Assembly: GCA_043228905.1 (NCBI GenBank)
Contig: JBHGNT010000018.1
Location: 3,720,001-3,784,000 of the forward strand
Source: Azolla caroliniana
Lineage: Eukaryota > Plantae > Polypodiophyta
DNA: 64,000 bases
Direction of reading: 5' to 3'
The position numbers and the translations under genes were made by a program. The notes under the pieces were generated by a model. It ran no database searches. It had not been told where the DNA came from and saw only the letters and a program-made list of their open reading frames with translations. Shown in pieces: positions 49,230 through 58,995 of this stretch (positions are counted from its first letter, which is position 1; every line of letters starts with the position of its first letter).

Positions 49230-52200
49230 TAGTCCGACCCGCTTTCGACATGCATCCAGCTTGTCAAGTGTCAGTACTTTGGTCAACATATCTGACCCGT
49301 TCTCGGCCGTGTGGATCTTCGTCAGCGTGAACTCCTGATCATCTACTCTTTCCCGGATCCAGTGATACCTACGCTGGATATGCTTCGTCCGGGAATTGTA
49401 GGCCGCATTCTTAGCAAGGTGGATGGCACTTTGACTGTCGCAATAGAGCCGGTATTCATCTTGCCGGATACAGAGCTCTCAGATGAAGTCCTTCATCCAT
49501 AATATTTCCTTGCCGGCTACCACAGCCGCCATGTACTCCGCCTCTGTGGTTGACAATGCAACCGTCTTCTGCAACCTCGACTGCCACGAAACAGCTCCCC
49601 CTACATATGTCATTACATACCCGGATGTAGATCGGTTGGTATCCACATCAGCCGACATGTCCGAATCGGTAAAACTGTCAAGTTGAGGTTTACCGGAGCC
49701 GAATCGGAGACACATATTTGAAGTGCCCTTCAAGTACCGGAGTATCCATTTGACTGCGTTCTAGTGCTCCTTGCCGGGATTGCTCATAAACTGGCTCACC
49801 ACTCTGACTGCGTATCCTATATCCGGTCAGGCACACACCATTGCGTACATTAAGCTCCCGACGACAGAGGCATATGGAACCTTCATCATATCAGCCTTCT
49901 CTGCTTTCGCCTTCGGGCTTTGCTTACCGGATAATTTGTAGTCTGTCGGGAGTGTCGATCCGACCGGTTTCGCTTCTAACATGTTGAACCGCTAAAGCAC
50001 CTTTGTCACGTACTTGTCCTGTGACAGCCACAATTGCTTCGTTGGCCGGTTCCAGATGATATGCATCCCCAACATCTGTCTTGCTGGACCCAAGTCTTTC
50101 ATTGAGAAGGTCCGGTTGAGAGCCTTCTTCAGCATCCGTATTTTGGCTTGGTCCCATCCGACAATCAACATGTCGTCCACGTACAGAAGGAGTATCAGGA
50201 AGTCGCCTCCTTCGAACTTCTTCACAAATACGCAGTGATCGGCCTGCGTCTTGTGGTACCCTTGATCGGTCATGAAGGAGTCGAACTTCCGGTACCATTG
50301 TCAGGGAGCCTGCTTCAATCCGTACAGGCTCTTCTTCAACCGGCAAACCAGTTGCTCCTTCCCTTTCTCCACGAATCCTTCTAGTTGCTGCATGTAGATC
50401 TCCTCTTCGAGGTCACCGTGAAGGAATGTCGTCTTCACGTCTAGCTGCTCTACCTCGAGGTCCATGCTTGCCGCTATACTCAGCACCGTCCGGATGGAGG
50501 TCATCTTTACTACCGGGGCAAATATCTCGTCGAAGTCCACGCCCTTCTTCTGTTGGAACCCCTTCACCACGATCCTGGCTTTGTATCTCGGGGGGTTGTC
50601 GGCATCTCCCGGTTTCAACTTGTACACCCACTTGTTTCGGAGTGCCCGCTTTCCTTTCGGCATCTCCCGGTTTCAACTTGTACACCCACTTGTTTCGGAG
50701 TGCCCGTTTTCCTTTCGGCAACTCCACCAATTCGTACATATGGTTCTCATGCAGGGAATCCATATCATCCTGCATGGCACTTAACCATTTTTGGCTGTGG
50801 GTGTCATCCTTCACTTCTTCGAAGCTTTCTGGCTCTCCCTCATCGGTTAGCAGCACATGCTCTGCATCCGGAAATCTTTGGGAGGCCCTTCTCTCTCTGA
50901 GAGGATATCTCCGTCTTTGGGCTTCGGTAACCAGCTCCTCCATTTGCTCTTCATCTGAATCCGATTCAGGGTCTTGGCCGGTTCCGGTTTCAGTTTCCTT
51001 TACTTCTTCTTCCGCCGGTTCGGTATCCTCACCGTAACCGGCTGGTTCCTCGAGTGCTAACCGGTCTCTTCCCGGTTGGGTCTGCTCATCGTAGAATCGA
51101 TCCTTACCGGTCGACTCGGAGTTCATTATCTTCTTCTCCGACTCCCAGTCGGCGAGCGTCTTGTCCTCCATGAAGATAATATCTCGACTCCGGAATACCT
51201 TCTTGTCGACCAGGTCCCACACTTGGTAGCCGAACTCATCGTCGTCGTAACCGAGGAATATGCATGGCTGGGTCTTTGGATCCAACTTTCCTCTCCGGTC
51301 CTTAGCTACATGCACATACGCAAGACACCCGAATACCTTCAGATGTCGGTAGGACACTTCCTTACCGGTCCAGACTCTCTGTGGCGTGTCTCCGTCCAAG
51401 GGTACTGAGGGTGATCTGTTTATCACATATGTCGTCGTCGACTGTGCCTCAGCCCAAAACTTCTTGGGTAGTTTTGCATGCGCCAGCATACTCCGGACCC
51501 TCTCCATTATGGTCTGGTTCATCCTCTCAGCCAGCCCTTTTAGTTCCGGCGTCTTCGGAACGGTAAATTCGAGCCGGATTCCCTTCGAGCGACAGTACTC
51601 CTCAAACTGCCCCCGGTATTCACCTCCGTTATCTGCTCGAACCGCCTTCAACTTCCGGCCGGTTTCTCTTTCCACTCTCGCGTGGAGATCTTTGAAGACG
51701 GATAACACCTGATCCTTCGTCTTTAACGGTGTGGCCCACAGCTTCCGGTTGTGGTCATCTATGAACGTCACGAAGTACTACGATCCGGCATGTGACTTCG
51801 TGTCCACTTGACATACATCAATATGCACCAACTCCAATGGTGCATTACGTCTCATCGGTGGCCTCGATCGGAAGGAGGTCTGGTTTTCTTTATCGGCCAA
51901 ACAATCAGTGCACTTCTCCAAGTGCACGTTCTTCACTGGAATGAGGTTGTCTTTTGCAAGCCTCTTCATCCCCTTCTCGCTCATGTGACACAGCCTCTTG
52001 TGCCACAGCTCACTGGCAATGTCGGATGCCACGTTCACTTCCTCCGGACATAACCGGGCATTCATCAGGTACAACGTGTTGACCTTCCGGGCCCGAGCCA
52101 CAATCAGGCTCCCTTTGCTGAACTTCATAACACCGTTCTGGATGCTACCCGTGTAGTCTTCATCATCTAGCCGATCGGCTGATATCAAGTTCAGACGAAC

Positions 52201-53310
52201 CTCCAGAACGTGTCGGACATCCTTCAGCAGCAGCTTGCATCCGGTTGGCGTTGTCAACCACACATCACCTATGTCGACAATTCGGCATGTACCTTCCTTC
52301 CCCATCTGGACACAACCGTGATCACCGACTGAGCAGGATGAGAAGCATTTCCGGTCCGGGGTAAGGTGGAACGACGCTCCGAAGTCGACCACCCAGGTCA
52401 TCTCGTCGCCGGCAAGGTTTAGCTCACTCTCCTCGGTGATGAGCATCAACTCTTCTTCACTTGCCACGATTCCCATCGTTCCCTTCCGGTCCGGTCCCCT
52501 CCGGTCTTTATCGTTTCGGTCCGGTGTCTGCTTCGAATCGGTACCATCGGTTTCCTTGTCTTTTCGGGAGTGCCGACAGTTCTTCTGGAAGTGTCCCGGC
52601 TTGCCACAATAGAAGCAAGTAGGCCTCCCCCTTGACTTTGACTGTGTCCCTGACTTCTCTCGGTTCTAGGGACTACGGTTCCTTTGTCTTCCGCGTTCCG
52701 ATTCGGTCAGGAGCGCTTTGGTGTCGGAGCTTGTATCCTTATCTTTCCGACACCCCTCCTCATCTAGCAAGCTCGACTTCACTCTTGGTAGGGATAACCG
52801 TTTCCCTTCCGGCCCGGCGTTGCCCAAAGTGACAACCAACGTCTCTCGGCTATTCGGGAGGGAACCGAGCAGGAGTAGCGCTAGTACCTCATCGGCAAGA
52901 GGTACTTCCAATGCTGTTGCCTGGTGTATCAGCCCCTAGAAGGCATTCATGTGCTCCGCCATGCTGGAGCCATCTTGGTACCAGAGTCTTACTAGCTTCC
53001 GGAATACCGAAACCTGGTTAACAACATTTTTGTTCTGAAACATAATGCCGATCTTCTCCCAGAGCTCATGAGCCTTGCTCTCTTCATTGAAGTTGTTGTA
53101 TAGGCTCATGTCGATGAAGCATTGTATGTGGGCCGTTGTCTGCATGTGCATCACCTCCCATATCGTGGCGTCGATTTTGTCCAGTCTCTTGTCCCCGAAC
53201 TGAACTGGCAACCAAAGATCTTTAACCACGAGCATGTCCCTCATCTTCGACTTCCACACGGAATAGTTGGAGCCGGTGAGCTTGAACATGCCTCCCAGTG
53301 ATTCGTCCAT
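49230..53310 (-). pseudogene. Copia-3 gag-pol with stops and frameshifts
   Basis: ORF fragments: gag 52936-53382, PR 51778-52476, IN 50413-51771, RT 50301-50663 and 49992-50273 (LYVDDML), RH 49479-49733. Confidence 0.92.
50599..50720. repeat. 58-bp tandem duplication frameshifting the Copia-3 RT
   Basis: TCGGCA microhomology at 50599, 50657 and 50715. Confidence 0.9.
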
Positions 53311-53861
53311 TTTCTGTGTCGTTTTGCTCTGATACCACTTGACAGGAACTACACACTCCCGATGAACAACGCTCGGCCACAACCAAGCTTAGAATCAAAC
53401 ATAGAAAAACGGGAATGAAGGCACGACACAATGGAGAGAAGAGTACACAGAAAAGAAAAGAGAATACAGGATGTTAACGTGGAAAACCCAAACTAGGGAA
53501 AAACCACGGCAGCCCACAGACTGCAAACTATCACTATATCACAATGATTACAACAATGAGCTCATGGAGGCAACGACCTCGTGCTCACGATCTTCGCCAC
53601 AGGCGGCGGTTACAACAGAGGCAACGACCTCTTCGTTTCTTTCTCTCTCTCTCTCTGTACACTGTTGCGCTCTAATCTTGCGCCAACAAGAATGACAACA
53701 TTACTTACACTAAGTTTGCCCTAAGTCATATTTATACTAAAATGACTTTTCGGCTATTTACAAATATAGCCCCGATGGACTCTCAGAAATATATTTACGA
53801 ATATGTCCCTTCATTCAGTGAGCACTCCTCACCAGGCCTGCATCATCCGGCGCTTGCCGGG

Positions 53862-54243
53862 CACTCATCATCCGGTTCTCACCGGGTCTTCCGTTTTCGG
53901 GTACTCCTCATCCGGTTCTCCCGGGTCTTCCGTTGTCGGGTACTCCTCATCCGGTTCTCACCGGGTCTTCCGTTTCTGGGTACTCCTCATCCGGTTCTCA
54001 CCGGGTCTTCCGTTTTCGGGTACTCCTCATCCGGTTCTCCCGGGTCTTCCGTTGCCGGGTACTCCTCATCCGGTTCTCACCGGGTCTTCCGTTTCTGGGT
54101 ACTCCTCATCCGGTTCTCACTGGGTCTTCCATTTCCGAGTACTCCTCATCCGGTTCTCATCGGGTCTTCCGTTGCCGGGTACTCCTCATCCGGTTCTCAC
54201 CGGGTCTTCCGTTTCCGAGTACTCCTCATCCGGTTCTCACTGG
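53862..54243. repeat. 39-40-bp tandem array in the Copia-3 5' LTR (9 full units + 1 partial)
   Basis: Same unit as 48887-49150; accounts for the 118-bp length difference between the two LTRs. Confidence 0.93.
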
Positions 54244-54558
54244 CATTGTTCTTCTCACTTCCCATCCGGAGGGACCTGTTTCCTAACAGGAGGCACAAGG
54301 CATTATTTCGAACCAAATCGGTTCAATGTCAGTCTTAAGCCTCCTAGCTACTATTGTATACTCTCTTCACATAATATATATCTTTTATCATCATTCTCTC
54401 ACCCTTTCTCTATCTCTATCTCTCTCTCTCGCTCACTCTTTCCTTCTCTCGAGAGTTCTACACCTCTCTTAGTACTAATCCTTATCTTTTAGTACTAATT
54501 CCTTCTCTGTCTTAGTACTGATCCCGATAGTTTGAACCAATTTTGGTCCTCCTTCCGT

Positions 54559-55207
54559 TGTCGCGTTGTTACGCGCGTGCGTGGAGAAACGAGGCGGGAC
54601 CACCGAGGTCTTGAACCGAACAGCAGGTGATAGAAGGGGAAAGAGAAAGGGAGAGACGCCCGGTTGCATATGAACGAAGGAACACAGGGACACGACCCGT
54701 CAACGTAGAAGACAGGAATGGACACAGAGACAGAGAGACACAAAAGTTTGTATATTAACGAATAACAAATAAACAACAGAGCACGCGAGCGGTTACAATC
54801 GAACAGGCCGGCGAACAAATGCTGATGCCTGTTCGTCTGCGCACGAAAGGGGGAAAGGATGGAGGTGCTGCCGGAAGCACACGGGCGTTCTTCAAAGCAG
54901 CGCGAGCCTCCCAAAAGCTTGCAGAGAAGAGCGATGGAGAACGAACAGAGGAGAAGCGTTCGGTTTCGGTCCGACAGCACTTCGTCCTCCTTAATGCGCT
55001 ATCCCTCTCCCCGCGTCTCCCTCTTTTTTATATCTTCAAGAAGGGAGCCATTTCCCTATTTTACTTCCTACCTACCGAATCTAACTACCCACGATATACC
55101 TATGTACCTAATTCCCTATTATATACATTAAAGGGCGTGCACGCGTGAAGAGCCGGTTCACGCGCGCTATGCACCGTTTGCGCTAAGGGACGGTTTTCTT
55201 CACGACA
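54559..55207 (-). mobile_element. Solo LTR (649 bp, GC/CpG-rich) inserted in the Gypsy-A leader
   Basis: Termini TGTCGCG...CACGACA; 4-bp flanking direct repeat CCGT; minus-strand TATA near 55025-55033. Removing it restores a continuous pyrimidine-rich leader. Confidence 0.7.
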
Positions 55208-55337
55208 CCGTCTCCTCCTTTCCTCCTCTTCCTTTTATCTTCTTACATATCCCCTTTTTCCAATCTTCTTTTCGGTTTCCCTCATCTTCTTACCCATTTC
55301 TTCCCTTCATACTAATCCTCTTATCCTCCCTAGTAAA

Positions 55338-58300
55338 ATGGAAATGGTTAGCGCTCAGGAATACCAATATGTTTTCTTAGAGCTCCAATGCTTAAAGGAG
55401 AAATTTGTAGCACTAGAACAAGAAAATCACCATTTGTTGGGGGATCTTCAGCGTTGGAAAAACAACAACAACACGGGGAGCTGACGTTACGTGTACAACA
55501 ACTTGAAGTGACTATTGTATCATTACAACAAGGATCAAGCACTCAAGGGATTCACAAAGAACCCAAGATTGGTCTTCTTGCAAAATTTGATGGGACCCGA
55601 TCACAATTTAGAGGTTTTTTGAACAAGGTACGTTTATTGATTCAAATGCATCCTTCTCAATATCCCACCGATGCATCACGAGTGGGACTAGTAGGCACCC
55701 TACTTAGTGGCTCAACGTTGACATGGTTTGCTCCGTTGTTAGAAAAGGAATCTCCATTATTAAACAATTTTGAAGAATTTATAAAACTGAGTTTAAAGCC
55801 TATTTTGGAGATACTGACAGCATAAGAATTGCAATCAACAAAATCCGGCAATTACGCCAAGGTGATCATCCAGCCTCCGCATACGCTGCAAATTTCCGCC
55901 TACTTGCCACCGATATCCCTTGGGATGATCAAGCATTGATGGAGCAATTTCTTTATGGTTTACGCAACGATGTCAAGGATTTACTCTTGACCTTCCTCGA
56001 AGAACCAAAGTCATTAACGGAAGTAATTAGTCGCGCAGTGAGATGCGACAACCATCTTTTCGAACGACGTTCAGAACGGCAATTCCAAATGCCAAGGGCA
56101 AGATCAGAGTCCACCTACGCCTCAGTGGTAGCAAAACCTTTTCCAAGGGAGTCATATAATGCATCTCCAACAAATACTCCGACTCCAATGGAAATCGACA
56201 CCACACGTCATTGCGGACCAATATCGGAAGAAGAAAAGCAACGACGCAGGGCAAATCGACTATGTCTGTATTGCGGGGGACCGGGGCATATTGCAGTGAA
56301 CTGTCCCCATCGGCCAAAAAGGCATGTAAATCAAATAACCACTAGTACTAATAGTACTAAACCCGAGTCTATTTCTCTAGGTGTGTTTGATAGTCCTAAT
56401 AGGCCGAGCCTTTCAAACAAATTTGAAAACCTTAGTCAACTAGAAGAAGAATTAAATGATTAAGTCCAGCCAAAATAGGAGTCGTTTGGTTGGACAGCCC
56501 TAGATCTGTGTAGCCCATTAGTGGTTCCATTTCTTCTAAGCAAGTTAGTAATGTGTTCTTAGCTCAAGTAATGGTTAATACTAAAAGTACTCCTCTAGTA
56601 CATGTCTTAGCACTCTTCGATTCCGGAGCCAACTCTTGCTTCATGGATAGGAATTTTGCCCAAGCTCATCAGATATCCCTAAGAAAACTCCCGTGTCCAG
56701 GCTTTGTAGTAGTCATTGATGGTCGTCCATTCGCTTCCGGAAATATCATAGAAGAGTCTAAGCCCGTTAATATTGTCCTAGATAACTAGGCGTGTGTAAT
56801 ATCATTTAATATAATTAGTATCCCAGAACATCCCATTGTTTTGGGATTACCATGGTTCGAATTACATAACCCAAACATAGATTGGAGAACAAGAGAAATC
56901 CGGTATCGACAAACCCGAGGATCTACTCATAAGATTGCAACCATTTCACTACATCAGTTGCGTGAGGAAGGAGGCAAGGAAGAAATGTTTCTCTTCGCAA
57001 TATCAGTAAAACCCTCCAACACCGCTAAAGAGGAGTCCACCGTTCAACTTCCAGAGAAGTATCGTCATTATGCCGATGTCTTCGATAAAGTACAAGGTAG
57101 TAAGCTTCCTCACCATCGACCGTATGATTGCCCCATCGTTTGCAACCGGGAAAAGAGCCGCCATGGGGACCGAGCTACAATTTGTGACCAACTGAGCTAG
57201 AAGTCCTTCGAGCCTATATAGAGGAGAATTTGGCAAATGGTTTCATTCGGCATTCGAAATCTCTAGTCGGCGCGCCCATTTTCTTCATCAAGCAAAAAGA
57301 TGGATCACTTTGTCTCGTTGTGGATTACTGTTGCTTGAATAAGGTCACAATCAAGAATAGATATGCACTTCCCCTTATCTCAAGTCTTTTAGAACGGATC
57401 AATGGTGCAAGGTTCTTCATGAAGATAAACTTATGGGGAGCATATAACCTCGTACGGATCCGACCAGGAGATGAATGGAAGACCGTGTTTCGCACCAGAT
57501 ATGGGCACTTCGAGTATACGGTCATGCCATTCGGCCTCACTAATGTGCCAGCAGTCTTCCAGCACATGGCAAATGATATGTTCTGAGATCTCTTGGATGT
57601 TTGTTTGATCATCTATTTGGATGATCTACTGGTTTATTCGAAGACCCAAGAAGAGCATGATTCTCATGTACTGTTAGTAATAAAACGATTTCGAGAACAT
57701 GGTCTCTATGCAAAGCTTGAAAAATGTAGTTTCGGGTGCAACCAGGTGGAATTTCTAGGCTATATCATCTCCGCAGAAGGCATCTCCATGGATCAAGCTA
57801 AGGTCAAAATAGTGGTAGAGTGGCAAACTCTGCGTTCATTGCGAGATGTTCAATGCTTTTTAGGCTTTGCAATTTCTACCACAAGTTTATAAAGGATTAC
57901 TCAAAGCTTGTTTTGCCTCTTACACAACTTACTAAGAAGGGAAAATCGTTTGTTTGGTCTGAAGAAGTGGACATGGCTTTTGAGAATCTTAAGAAGGCAT
58001 TTACATCGGCTCCTATTCTAGCTCAAGTTGATCTAGAAAAAACCTTCATCATTGAAGCTGATGCATTGGATTTCGCATTGGGTAGCATTCTGTCGCAACA
58101 AGGTAATGATGAAAAGCTACATCCTGTGGCTTTCCACTCACGCAAGTTTGACGCTGCCGAAATCAACTATGAAATTAATGATAAGGAGCTATTAGCAATA
58201 GTGGAATCTTTTATACAATGGAGTCATTTTCTAGAGGGATCCTCTCATCAAGTCACCGTATTCAGTGACCACAAGAACCTTGCCTACTTTCAAGACACTC

Positions 58301-58995
58301 GTGTGTTAAATCCACGTCAAGCTCGGTGGGCCCAATTCCTCACACGTTTGACTTCAAAATTACATATCGTCTAGGAAAGCACCAAGGGAAGGTAGTTGCG
58401 TTATCACGGCATTCGTATCTAGACCGCGTCCCAGCGAGCCAACTTTCGATAACCAAAAACAAGTAATCTTGGGACCAGCATGACTACAAGCAACACAAGT
58501 CTTTGGCATGCCCGTGGATTCCCACGTTATCGATACCATACGTGAGGACTTGAAGACAGATGCTTTCGCCCAAACCATTCTAGCACAAATAGATCCCTCG
58601 CGAGCATCTTGTTCATAGTCGCAACCACCAGGTACGAACTATCAACAATTCAAATACCGTGATGGATTACTATTCTTTAAGAAACTCTTGTATGTTCCTA
58701 ATGGTTCTTACCGCCTTCGAGTAGTCCAAAGCTGTCATGACACATATACAACTGGGCATTTTGGTAGTACTAAGACATTAGACTTAGTACAACGATCATT
58801 CTGGTGGCCCCGTATGCGACAATTTGTCGAAGATTTTGTTCGGACTTGTGATACATGTTGCAGAGCGAAAATGCCAAGGCATCATCCATATGGTTTATTA
58901 GAACCATTACCAATTCCAAGCAAGCCATGGCAATCCATTGTTCTAGATTTAATCACAGATCTTCCAATCTCGAAGGGATTTAATGCAATTCCAAC
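55338..58995 (+). pseudogene. Gypsy-A gag-pol, multiply frameshifted
   Basis: ORF fragments: gag 55388-55825 and 55936-56463, PR 56553-56789, RT 57230-57892, RH 57820-58374, IN 58688-58995. Confidence 0.9.

Larger units (their letters stand above)
48365..54288 (-). mobile_element. Ty1/Copia, Tnt1/Tork-like (Copia-3), full-length but mutated
   Basis: LTRs at 48365-49195 and 53340-54288; TSD GGAGG; Met-tRNA PBS at 53326-53337; PPT at 49196-49206; gag, PR, IN, RT and RH are all recognisable. Confidence 0.96.
48169..58995 (+). mobile_element. Ty3/Gypsy, Tf2/Tcn1-like (Gypsy-A); 5' LTR 48169-48364 + 54294-54529 split by Copia-3; integrase interrupted by Gypsy-B
   Basis: Gag KFDGTRSQFRGF...TPMEID...CLYCGGPGHIAVNC; protease ALFDSGA; RT YLDD; RNase H; integrase HHCC. 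Domain order is PR-RT-RH-IN. Confidence 0.88.

Noticed and set aside
48767-49330. Long ORFs over the LTR arrays (also 53742-54492)
   Set aside because: They are stop-free translations of a 40-bp repeat in several frames and are not credible proteins.
50426-52053. Plus-strand ORFs of 60-200 aa opposite Copia pol (similar ones at 5417-8118 and 19958-22088)
   Set aside because: These are antisense shadows of GC-rich retrotransposon coding sequence.
54495-54980. 161-aa antisense ORF or captured host gene in the Gypsy-A leader
   Set aside because: Better explained as a solo LTR with TG...CA ends and a CCGT duplication; the ORF has a GTG start and no motifs.
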